A program made the position numbers and the translations under genes. This document shows, in pieces, positions 1 to 8,700 of a DNA stretch of 33,321 bases. The stretch comes from an uncultured Bacilli bacterium. Its GTDB lineage: Bacteria; Bacillota_I; Bacilli_A; RF39; UBA660. Positions within the stretch are counted from its first letter, which is position 1, and each line of letters begins with the position of its first letter. A model generated the notes under the pieces. It was not told the origin of the DNA. It saw nothing but the letters and a program-made list of their open reading frames with translations, and made no database searches. The stretch lies in contig CALVJC010000067.1 in NCBI GenBank assembly GCA_944331945.1, positions 1 through 33,321 of the forward strand, read 5' to 3'.

Positions 1-984
1 AGTGACACAGGAAGTAATACCTCGATTGGAACAAGTGCTTTTAATGAAAAATCGTTGGATCCAACTTATGTCGGATATATGTACCATGAAGATTTTAGCT
101 TGCACGAAACAGAAAATGAAATTAATAACTATTCTCAATTTATTCCGAATTTAAATTATTACTTTGGAACAGGGTATACTTTTGATGAAGAAAGTAAAAC
201 ATTTTCTATCACAGGAAGTACCTTTCAAGGGAATTGGTTAGAAGATCATGAAGAGATAATAAATAATTATTCTTATACTTGCTTGAGAACCACTTCAAAT
301 GGGACTTGCAATGTGATGATAAAAATAGAAGAATACAGAGATGATGATACTATGAGAGTAAAACCAATCTCTTATAGCTCGAATAGTTATGAAGGGACCT
401 TACAAAATACCACTGATTCAACGATTAAAACAAAGATAGATTCATGGTATGAAGAGAATCTTTTAAATCGAGCGGATGGAGAAGGAAGAAGCTATGCAGA
501 TTATTTAAGCGATGAAGTATTTTGTAATGACCGGAGTTTACATAGTGGATCAGGATATTTATTATCACCTAGCAGCTTGTTTAGCTCATATAACCGAATA
601 TATACTCAAAAAACGCCTTCATTAAAATGTAGTCAAGCACTTGATCGGTTTACGGTTGATAGTAGTAGGGGAAATGGATCGCTAGATTACCCGATTGGAC
701 TAATTACGGCAGATGAAGTATCAATGGCCGGGGGAGTATATAATGTTGCCAATACAAGTTATTATCTATACACTGGAGAAAACTATTGGACGATGTCAGC
801 GTCTATATTTTCTCCTTCTGATACTAGGGTTCATGCATTTCATGTGGACTCTTTAGGATACCTGGGCGTTTGGGATTATTTGGCAAATTCCTACAACGTA
901 CGTCCTGTCATTAACCTATCCCCTAATATCCAAATCACAAGCGGAGATGGGACAGCCATAAATCCTTTTGTCGTAAATTTTTAG
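1..984 (+). CDS. Secreted/surface protein of unknown function, C-terminal part (5' end lies outside the window)
   Basis: Frame 1 is open from nt 1, with no stop in 1-54, so the track ORF 55-984 (TTG) is an internal piece. The protein is Asn/Ser/Tyr-rich with no catalytic motif. It ends ...GLITADEVSMAGG...YWTMSAS...NVRPVINL. I associate this pattern with pilin-like or surface proteins of low-GC Gram-positives, from recollection only. Confidence 0.6.
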   Translation, partial: SDTGSNTSIGTSAFNEKSLDPTYVGYMYHEDFSLHETENEINNYSQFIPNLNYYFGTGYTFDEESKTFSITGSTFQGNWLEDHEEIINNYSYTCLRTTSNGTCNVMIKIEEYRDDDTMRVKPISYSSNSYEGTLQNTTDSTIKTKIDSWYEENLLNRADGEGRSYADYLSDEVFCNDRSLHSGSGYLLSPSSLFSSYNRIYTQKTPSLKCSQALDRFTVDSSRGNGSLDYPIGLITADEVSMAGGVYNVANTSYYLYTGENYWTMSASIFSPSDTRVHAFHVDSLGYLGVWDYLANSYNVRPVINLSPNIQITSGDGTAINPFVVNF

Positions 985-1007
985 TTTTCCTTTCTTTTCC
1001 TCCATAA

Positions 1008-1036
1008 TTGTCAAGTGACCGATTTTGTGTTATATT
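1008..1036 (+). promoter_or_regulatory. Sigma-A type promoter for rluB
   Basis: TTGTCA (1008-1013), a 17-nt spacer, then TATATT (1031-1036) preceded by TG at 1028-1029 (extended -10). RBS AAGGAGAG lies before ATG 1073. Confidence 0.6.
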
Positions 1037-1072
1037 CTATAAGAAGAAAAGGACGAGTAAGGAGAGAAGAAA

Positions 1073-1810
1073 ATGAAGCGCTTACAGAAAGCTATTGCGG
1101 AAGCTGGAATCACTTCCCGAAGAAAAGCAGAAGAGTTAATCAAAGAAGGAAAAGTAAAAGTAAATGGGAATTTGATCCAAGAATTAGGCTATAAAGTAGA
1201 CGAAAAAGATCGAATTGAAGTAAATGGAATGCCCATTACAAATGAGAAAAAAGTCTATTTCTTATTAAATAAACCGAGAGGAATCATCACAAGTGTTTCC
1301 GATGAAAAGAGTAGGAAAACCGTTGTTGATTTAATTCCTTGCCAGGAACGAATTTATCCTGTTGGACGCTTAGATTATGATACAACAGGAGTCCTATTAT
1401 TAACGAATGATGGAGAATTTACAAATATTTTAATGCATCCTTCCAATAAAATAGAAAAAGTTTATATGGCTAAAATCAAAGGCCTAGTCAAAGGAGATGC
1501 CATAAAAACATTAAAACAAGGCGTTATATTAGAAGGTCAAAAAGTAAAAGCAGAACATATTAAACTAAGAAAAACGGATCCAAAAACAAATACTTCGATG
1601 GTAGAAATAACCATTCATGAAGGAAAAAATCATCAAGTGAAAAAAATGTTTGAAAGTGTTGGATATCAAGTATTGAAATTAAAAAGAGAACGTGTCGCTT
1701 TCTTTGATTTAAAAGGCTTAAAGAGTGGGGAATATCGTTCTTTAACGCCGAAGGAAGTAGCGAAAGTTTATGCCTTAAGTTCCAAGAGGCCAAAGTATGA
1801 AACCAAATAG
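1073..1810 (+). CDS. rluB: Pseudouridine synthase, RsuA/RluB family (S4 domain + catalytic domain)
   Basis: N-terminal S4 RNA-binding motif (RLQKAIAEAGITSRRKAEELI) and the catalytic GRLDYDTTGVLLLTNDG motif with the conserved Asp. Good RBS. Confidence 0.85.
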   Translation: MKRLQKAIAEAGITSRRKAEELIKEGKVKVNGNLIQELGYKVDEKDRIEVNGMPITNEKKVYFLLNKPRGIITSVSDEKSRKTVVDLIPCQERIYPVGRLDYDTTGVLLLTNDGEFTNILMHPSNKIEKVYMAKIKGLVKGDAIKTLKQGVILEGQKVKAEHIKLRKTDPKTNTSMVEITIHEGKNHQVKKMFESVGYQVLKLKRERVAFFDLKGLKSGEYRSLTPKEVAKVYALSSKRPKYETK

Positions 1811-2138
1811 AGATATCATAACATTAATAATAGGAATTTTTTTCCTTTGGGTAGGAATAAATGCTATATTAAGTATAGAAGAGATAGAGTTCAAATTCTT
1901 TGCTTCGATCTTCACTTTTGTAGGTCTCTATCTTGTAACCATGCCATTTCTTCGCCGCTTTTCCTTTTACACTACCATAGAAAAATACTTTCCCTATATC
2001 ATTTCTCTAGCATTCCTTTTCTCCTTTGAACTAATACTTTGGAAAGAACCTTCTCAAAATATTCTTTCTATTCTTTTTACGATTCCCTTTTGGATTACCG
2101 TTTTATCCCGCTTTTTAAAAGAAATAAAAAAACAATAG
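1797..2138 (+). CDS. Small integral membrane protein (about 4 TM), unknown function
   Basis: The ATG overlaps the rluB 3' end by 14 nt, which suggests translational coupling. Four hydrophobic segments. The stop codon sits inside the terminator stem. Confidence 0.55.
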   Translation: MKPNRDIITLIIGIFFLWVGINAILSIEEIEFKFFASIFTFVGLYLVTMPFLRRFSFYTTIEKYFPYIISLAFLFSFELILWKEPSQNILSILFTIPFWITVLSRFLKEIKKQ

Positions 2139-2160
2139 CAGTTAATTCTATTGTTTTTTT
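2126..2160. terminator. Bidirectional rho-independent terminator between convergent genes
   Basis: ACAATAG (2132-2138) / CTATTGT (2148-2154) stem with a 9-nt loop, flanked by an A-run on the 5' side and a T-run on the 3' side. Confidence 0.6.
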
Positions 2161-2166
2161 CATGCT

Positions 2167-2358
2167 TTATTCTTCTACTAAAATAGCACCAGTAGGGCAA
2201 GAATCTGCAGCATCCCGAACTTCATCTTTATTTTCTTCTTTGACATCCTCTGTCTTAGCTTCACTAAGTCCTTCGTCATTTAATTCAAATACTTCAGAAC
2301 AAATCGCTGCACAAGCGCCACATCCGATGCAAGCATCTTGATTTACTTTTACTTTCAT
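2167..2358 (-). CDS. Small [4Fe-4S] ferredoxin
   Basis: 63 aa. CIGCGAC cluster motif plus a distal C-P (DSCPTGAI), with an acidic linker. RBS GGAGGAG lies upstream on the minus strand. Confidence 0.85.
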   Translation of the reverse strand: MKVKVNQDACIGCGACAAICSEVFELNDEGLSEAKTEDVKEENKDEVRDAADSCPTGAILVEE

Positions 2359-2420
2359 GAATGATATCTCCTCCTAACACCATTATAGCGAATTTTATCA
2401 AAAAATAGAAGTCTAATCTA

Positions 2421-2449
2421 TTGTATCTTTTCCTTTTGTAACATATAAT
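2421..2449 (+). promoter_or_regulatory. Sigma-A type promoter for the nfeD-SPFH operon
   Basis: TTGTAT (2421-2426), a 17-nt spacer, then TATAAT (2444-2449). RBS GGTGAAGGA lies before ATG 2468. Confidence 0.55.
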
Positions 2450-2467
2450 TGACTTAGGTGAAGGAAT

Positions 2468-2890
2468 ATGACCGTATTTTGGATGATCTTTTTTGTTATT
2501 TTAGTAGTAATAGAACTACTAACCATTAATTTAGTAACGATCTGGTTTGCGATAGGAGCTTTAATATCTGCCATTCTATCTTGCTTTAGCGATAACATTC
2601 TTCTAGAATTTATTGTCTTTGTTGTGGTAAGTGGCCTTTGCTTTCTTTTAACCAAACCACTCGTAAAAAAGATGAAGAAGAAGCCCAAAATACCTACCAA
2701 TTTAGACTCGATTATTGGAAAAACAGGGCGAGTGACGGAAGCCATAAACCCAAATGAAGTTGGGGAAGTGAAAGTGGCCGGAAAAAGATGGAGTGCCATC
2801 AGTAAGGAACCTCTTCCCGAAGATACCTTAGTCATTGTGAAAAAGATAACGGGTGTAAAAGTATTGGTAGAAAAGAAGGAGGAAAATTAA
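2468..2890 (+). CDS. NfeD-family membrane protein (short form)
   Basis: Hydrophobic N-terminal half with 3 TM-like segments. The C-terminal OB-like tail contains GEVKVAGKRWSA. It sits directly upstream of an SPFH gene (1-nt gap), which is the classic NfeD-SPFH pairing. Confidence 0.75.
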   Translation: MTVFWMIFFVILVVIELLTINLVTIWFAIGALISAILSCFSDNILLEFIVFVVVSGLCFLLTKPLVKKMKKKPKIPTNLDSIIGKTGRVTEAINPNEVGEVKVAGKRWSAISKEPLPEDTLVIVKKITGVKVLVEKKEEN

Positions 2891-2891
2891 T

Positions 2892-3788
2892 ATGTGGATA
2901 TGGGTTATTATTATTCTGATTGTTTTGTTAGCCGTTGCCGGAGTAAAAATTGTCTCTCAGGCGAAAGCGATGGTGATTGAGCGACTTGGATCTTACGATC
3001 GAACCATCGAAACAGGACCGCACTATGTCATTCCTATCATAGAACGCGTTGCAAGTGTAGTATCCTTAAAAGAAATTGTCAAAGACTTTGCACCGCAACC
3101 AGTGATTACGAAAGACAATGTCACCATGCAAATTGACACGGTAGTTTATTTTCAAATCACCGATCCAAAATTATATACTTATGGCGTTGAAAATCCCATC
3201 AGTGCTATTGAAAACTTAACCGCTACGACCTTGCGTAATATCATTGGAGACCTAGAACTAGATGAAACTCTAACCTCAAGAGATATCATTAATACAAAAA
3301 TGAGAGCCATTTTAGATGAGGCGACCGATGCCTGGGGAATCAAAGTCAATCGAGTAGAAGTCAAAAACATTTTACCACCTCGAGACATTCAAGAAGCGAT
3401 GGAAAAGCAAATGAGAGCGGAGCGAGAAAGAAGAGAATCGATTCTAAAAGCCGAAGGGGAAAAGAAAGCAGCCATCTTAATTGCCGAAGGAGAAAAAGAA
3501 AGTGCCATTTTACGTGCAGATGCCAAAAGAGAAGCGCAAATTAGGGAAGCAGATGGACAGGCTCAAGCAATCATGAAAGTGCAAGAAGCCACCGCGAAAG
3601 GTTTACAATACCTAAAAGAAGCGAACATGGATGATGCGGTCTTAAAATATAAAAGCTATGAAGCTTTAGTAAAAGTGTCCGAAGGAAGATCTACTAAGAT
3701 CATTATTCCAAGCGAACTTCAAAACCTCGCTACCATTGGCACTACGCTTAGTGAAACCATGAGACAATCGCCAAAAACAGACAAATAG
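2892..3788 (+). CDS. SPFH/band-7 (stomatin/QmcA-like) membrane protein
   Basis: N-terminal TM anchor and an SPFH core (VDTVVYFQITDP..., LRNIIGDLELDETLTSRD). A C-terminal AEGEK/AEGEK repeat coiled coil is typical of stomatin-like proteins. Confidence 0.85.
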   Translation: MWIWVIIILIVLLAVAGVKIVSQAKAMVIERLGSYDRTIETGPHYVIPIIERVASVVSLKEIVKDFAPQPVITKDNVTMQIDTVVYFQITDPKLYTYGVENPISAIENLTATTLRNIIGDLELDETLTSRDIINTKMRAILDEATDAWGIKVNRVEVKNILPPRDIQEAMEKQMRAERERRESILKAEGEKKAAILIAEGEKESAILRADAKREAQIREADGQAQAIMKVQEATAKGLQYLKEANMDDAVLKYKSYEALVKVSEGRSTKIIIPSELQNLATIGTTLSETMRQSPKTDK

Positions 3789-3794
3789 AACAAG

Positions 3795-3820
3795 AAGTAG
3801 CATTCGCTACTTTTCATTTT
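3795..3820 (+). terminator. Rho-independent terminator after the SPFH gene
   Basis: AAGTAGC / GCTACTT stem with an ATTC loop, followed by TTCATTTT. Confidence 0.6.
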
Positions 3821-3835
3821 GACTTGATTATGGTA

Positions 3836-3844
3836 TGATAAAAT
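3836..3844 (+). promoter_or_regulatory. Extended -10 element (TGATAAAAT)
   Basis: TG-a-TAAAAT lies 22 nt upstream of the GTG at 3866. A TTGACT sits at 3819-3824, but the spacer is only 14 nt. Confidence 0.35.
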
Positions 3845-3865
3845 CATAGTAAAGTAGGTGATAGT

Positions 3866-4702
3866 GTGGCAAGCAGAATGCAAAGGTATGAAGAAGGCTC
3901 TATCAATAAAGGAACGAAAACGAGAACTTCTCGCAACCAGGAACTCTACCAAGATCTTGGCAAAACAGAAAAATATACAACCTTTACCGACGTTTCTAAA
4001 ATCGAAGCCATTGATTTAGAAGAAGCCAAAAAAAATTATCATACGCGTGAAGGATATCATCAAGTAAGAGAATATGACTTTTTAGAAGAAAAACCAAAAG
4101 TAAAAAAAGATTTAGAAGAGTTTAATTATCTTTATGCAACCGAAGAAAAGAAAAATTATGACTTAAACGAAGTCTTAAAAGAAGCGAGAGAATTAAGAGA
4201 AAAAGATGAACTAGAAAGAAAGAGAAAATTACATAACGAAAAGTATAATATTTTAGAAAGCAGCAGAGAGGATTTAGAGCGCTTTAAACAAGAAGTAAAA
4301 AAAACGATCAAACCCGTAGAAAACGAAAAAGAATTAGAAGAATTAATTCATACAATTACCTCAAAAGAAGTACGAGAAAAGATTGATCAAGCACAAGAGA
4401 AAAGCCTTTTAAGTGATCTCATGGCCACAAGTAACCTAGAAGAAGTGGTGCAACCTATCACGGCAAAAATAGAAAAAATAGAGAAGAAAGAAGAGCCAAA
4501 AGAAATAGAAAACACCATTGCCAAAGAAATTGATAAATCTTTTTATACCAAATCTTTAGATCTTTCTGAAGAAGACTTTGATCTAGAAGAAACGGAAGTC
4601 CAAAAAACACCAGTCATCTTAACGATTTTAAAATTAATTCTTTCCATTGCTATTATAGTAGCTGTGGGCTTTGGCGTTTACTATTTTGTTATGCATTATT
4701 AA
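3866..4702 (+). CDS. Lys/Glu-rich protein with a single C-terminal TM anchor (tail-anchored), unknown function
   Basis: 278-aa ORF. The cytoplasmic region is highly charged and coiled-coil-like, and a single hydrophobic helix sits at the extreme C-terminus (PVILTILKLILSIAIIVAVGFGVYYFV). The start is uncertain: GTG 3866 is 4 nt after AGGTGA, and ATG 3878 is an alternative. Confidence 0.6.
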   Translation: MASRMQRYEEGSINKGTKTRTSRNQELYQDLGKTEKYTTFTDVSKIEAIDLEEAKKNYHTREGYHQVREYDFLEEKPKVKKDLEEFNYLYATEEKKNYDLNEVLKEARELREKDELERKRKLHNEKYNILESSREDLERFKQEVKKTIKPVENEKELEELIHTITSKEVREKIDQAQEKSLLSDLMATSNLEEVVQPITAKIEKIEKKEEPKEIENTIAKEIDKSFYTKSLDLSEEDFDLEETEVQKTPVILTILKLILSIAIIVAVGFGVYYFVMHY

Positions 4703-4703
4703 T

Positions 4704-4727
4704 AAACTAGTGAAAAACTAGTTTTTT
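4704..4727 (+). terminator. Rho-independent terminator
   Basis: AAACTAGT / ACTAGTTT stem with a GAAAA loop and a T-run. Confidence 0.6.
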
Positions 4728-4827
4728 CATGAAAAAATGGAAATTTCTTTCAAAAAAGTTTAAAATAAAAATAGAACAAGGAAATGATAAAAAATGTTCT
4801 TTTTTCGTGTCGAAGAAAAGGAAAGTG

Positions 4828-4836
4828 TGATATATT
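4828..4836 (+). promoter_or_regulatory. Extended -10 promoter (TGATATATT)
   Basis: TG-a-TATATT lies about 35 nt upstream of ATG 4871. It sits inside the 5' extension of track ORF 4784-5710, which argues for the downstream start. Confidence 0.45.
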
Positions 4837-4870
4837 AGAACTAATAATGATAGTTTGGGGGAAAAAGGAA

Positions 4871-5710
4871 ATGCAATTGAAGTGGGAAATAAACGATTAT
4901 ATACTTATTTGGGAGCTCCTTTTTCGAGCATCTATATCCAAAGATGTCCAAAATTATAAACAAAAACTGTGGAAAAATTATAAACATAGTTATAATGCCT
5001 TAACCAAAGAAAAAGGGGTCATTTTAAAAGAACCAAAGAACTATATTCCAAACGATGATACCATCTTTGATATTGTTCGAAACTCCGAATTATATCAAGA
5101 ATTAAAACAAGAAACCGAAGATTATAAGAACCATTTTTTAAAATGTTATGAAGAAGAAAAGAAAAATATGGAAAAAGAACTAAAACAAATTATCCGTTTG
5201 GAATTAAATCCTTGTCATATATTATTACTACATCCAAAATTAGATATTATCGAAATCAAAACAGGTGCCGAATATTTTATTCTTTGGGGTAGAAGAAAAG
5301 ATGAACAAGACTATAAAATGGCTCTATTAAATTTAATTCATATTATTCTAGCAAAAAAATTAGAAAAAAGTCAGCCAGAATATAAGGAATACCAAGAAAT
5401 TGTTCAAGCCATTATTGAATTAGCCATTGACAATGAATTAGCGACGAGAATCTTAAAGAAAAGTTGTTACTTAAAAGGCGATCATTCTCTATCCTTTTTA
5501 AAAAAACAAATTTATCCTTACTGGTTAATGTATGTCGGCTATACCAAAGAAGAAATGAAAACCTGTATGATTCGTGATAATTTACCTTTTGATTTAGAGG
5601 CCTATAACTATGAAAGGGAATTGAAAAATTTTGATCTGTATCAATTTATTCGTTTTTGCATTCGACATCAAAGAAATATTTTAAAAATTAATGAACTAGA
5701 AATTATTTAA
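4871..5710 (+). CDS. Hypothetical cytoplasmic protein (279 aa), probably co-transcribed with polC
   Basis: Long ORF with host-like codon usage. I prefer ATG 4871 (RBS GGGGGAAAAAGGAA) over the track start at 4784. No motif recognised. It ends 20 nt before polC with no terminator between them. Confidence 0.6.
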   Translation: MQLKWEINDYILIWELLFRASISKDVQNYKQKLWKNYKHSYNALTKEKGVILKEPKNYIPNDDTIFDIVRNSELYQELKQETEDYKNHFLKCYEEEKKNMEKELKQIIRLELNPCHILLLHPKLDIIEIKTGAEYFILWGRRKDEQDYKMALLNLIHIILAKKLEKSQPEYKEYQEIVQAIIELAIDNELATRILKKSCYLKGDHSLSFLKKQIYPYWLMYVGYTKEEMKTCMIRDNLPFDLEAYNYERELKNFDLYQFIRFCIRHQRNILKINELEII

Positions 5711-5730
5711 ACAAGATGGAGGTTAGTATT

Positions 5731-8700
5731 ATGGAAGAAAAAATAAAAAAATTAATCGACAAACTACAATTATCTCTAGAAAATTCTTCCTATTTCAAAG
5801 AGGCAAAACTAGAAAAAGTGATCATAAATAGCAGAACCCTAGCCTTTGATATTATGATACAACTAGAAGAATACTTACCAATCGAAGCTTTAGAAGAAAT
5901 CGAGGAAAAGAAGCATTATCTATCATCTCAAGTAACCTTTCATTATCAAGTAAGAAAAGAAAATCCATCACTTCTATTAAATTATTTTCCTTATCTCTTA
6001 GAACGTTTAAAAGAACAAGAAAAAATTACCATCAAAGAAATTTATCAAGATGCCCTTGTTTTAGAAGAGGACGAATTAAAACTACAAGCCACCAATAAAA
6101 AAGAAGAAGAAAAACTATTAGAAATTGCCAAAGAAGTCAATGAATTTTATCAGCTTTTGGGATATCACGAATATATTCCAGTTGTTTTAAAAGAAGATAA
6201 CTCTATTTTAAGTGAAATTAATCAAGAATTACAGAATGCAGTTATTGAAATTCCGATGAAACAAGAACCAAAAAAAGAAGAAAAACCTAAATATACAAGG
6301 GCACCGAAATCAACCGAAGAAGGCTGTGTTTTAGGAAGAAGTTTTAAAGAAGCACCAATAAAAATGAGTATGATTGCTGGCGAAGATAATAATGTCGTCG
6401 TAGATGCTTATGTTTTTGGGGTAGACTACTTTGAATCTAGCAAAAGTGACTTTAAAATTATCACTTTAAAAGTTACGGATGAAACCGATAGTATTTATTG
6501 CAAAGTATTCGTCAAAGATAATGAGGAATATAATAGACTTTGTAAAGAACTAAAGGTAGGAAAAAATTTCCGTATACGAGGTTATATCAAAAATGATGCT
6601 TTTGCCAAAGAATTAGTTCTAAATGCCCGAGATATTATGCCCTTAGAAAAAGCCAAAGAAGAAAGAAAAGATCTGGAAGAAGAAAAGCGAGTGGAACTTC
6701 ATACCCATACCAAAATGAGTCAAATGGATGGAGTGGTTGATGAAGTCACATTGGTAAAACAAGCGATAAAATGGGGGCATAAAGGAATTGCTATTACCGA
6801 TCACAATGGTGCGCAAGCATTTCCTCATGTCTATAATTTTGTAAGAGATTATAATAAAGGCTTAAAAGAAGAGGAGGAACCTTTTAAGGTCATTTATGGA
6901 ACCGAACTAACCATGGTAGATGATGAAGTGGATATTATCATTCGTCCCAATGATCATAAACTATTAGATGAAACCTATGTTGTCTTTGACTTTGAAACAA
7001 CAGGCTTTAATGCTGGAGGTGCTGACTCCATTATTGAAATTGGTGCTGTTAAAATGTGTCATGGTGAAATATTAGAAAAATATGATGAATTGATTAATCC
7101 AGGAAGACCTCTTCCTCAAAAAATCGTTGATGTTACCAATATTACCGATCAAATGCTAGAAGGGAAAGACAACGAAGAAAACGCCATTAAAAGATTCATT
7201 GCTTGGTTTGGTGATTTACCCATGGTTGCACACAACGCCAAATTTGATGTTTCTTTCTTAGAGATGGCTTATCAAAAATATGGGCTCGGTGAATTTAAAA
7301 ATCCCGTGATTGATACCCTAGAACTTTCAAGGACCTTAGATAATAACTATGCTAGACATGGCTTATCCGCTTTAGTAAAACGTTATAATGTACCTTGGGA
7401 TGAATCTGCTCACCACCGTGGAGATTATGATGCCGAAGGAACGGCCTTAGTTCTTTATAAAATGCTTGAAAAACTAGACTCTCGTAATATTGAAACGATG
7501 ACAGATTTAAGTCAAATGGTTTCAACCGATGAAATGTATAAATATGGTAATACGCATCATATTAATCTTTTAACCCTAAATAAGAAGGGATTAAAAAATC
7601 TCTTTAAAATTATTAGTTATGCCAATACCAATTACCTATATAAAACCCCAAGAATCCCAAGAAGTGTCTTGAATAAACATCGTGAAGGACTCTTAGTCGG
7701 AAGTGGTTGTTATGAAAGTGAAATCTTTCAACAAGCCAAAAGTAAGAGTGAAGAAGAATTATCCAACTTAATTCGTTTCTATGACTATATTGAGGTACAA
7801 CCACCAGAATGTTACGATCACTTAATTCAAAGTGGAGACTTTGGAAATGAAAAAGAACTTCTTGCTCACTTGGAAAAGATTATCCGAACCACCGAAGAAG
7901 CGGGAAAATTTATCGTCGCCACAGGAGATGTTCATCACTTAACAAGAGAAGATAAAATATATCGTGAAATTATTGTCAATCAAAAAGTACCTGGAGGAGG
8001 AAGACATCCTCTCGCCCGGAATGGTATTACGGAAATTCCATCGAATCACTTTCGAACAACAACCGAGATGTTAGAAGATTTCTCTTTCTTGGATGAAGAA
8101 ACAAGAAGAAGAATCGTTATCGAAAACCCCCATAAAATATTGGATATGGTAGATATTATTGAAGTCATTATTGAAACTGGAGGAATTCCTTTTTCACCTA
8201 AAATTGATCACAGTGTGGAAACCGTAACCGAATTAGTCTTTGGAAAAGCTTCCAGCTGGTATGGAGATCCCCTTCCTCATAATATTGAAGAGCGAATTAG
8301 CAAAGAGCTTTATGGAGATGGTATTTTTGATGCTATTAAAGAAGAAGCCAAAGAGGAAAATCTGAAAGAGGAACAATACGAAGATGAAATCTTTAAACGA
8401 CTTCATAAGACTTTATTGCAAGGCTTTGATGCTGTCAAAGATAAAATTCGGGAAAGTTTAAGACGAACAAACAAAGAAATGAGTGAAGAAGAAATCGAGA
8501 AAACACTCCCGAAAAAATTAGGTGGTGTCATTGGTGGAGGCTTTGACGTTATCTACTTAATCGCTCAAAAATTAGTAAAACATTCGAACGATGATGGTTA
8601 TATCGTTGGATCCCGTGGTTCCGTTGGTTCCAGCTTCGTAGCAACGATGATGGGAATTACCGAAGTAAATCCATTGCCAGCTCATTACTTATGTCGGAAT

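Noticed and set aside
2413-2835. Minus-strand 140-aa ORF overlapping nfeD
   Set aside because: It is antisense to a gene with a recognisable NfeD architecture and a tight 1-nt link to the SPFH gene. It has no RBS and a low-complexity composition.
8311-8529. Intein or mobile insertion in PolC
   Set aside because: It is only about 73 aa. There is no Cys/Ser/Thr at an N-splice junction, no His-Asn + Cys/Ser/Thr C-junction, and no endonuclease motifs. Its composition is a charged helical linker.
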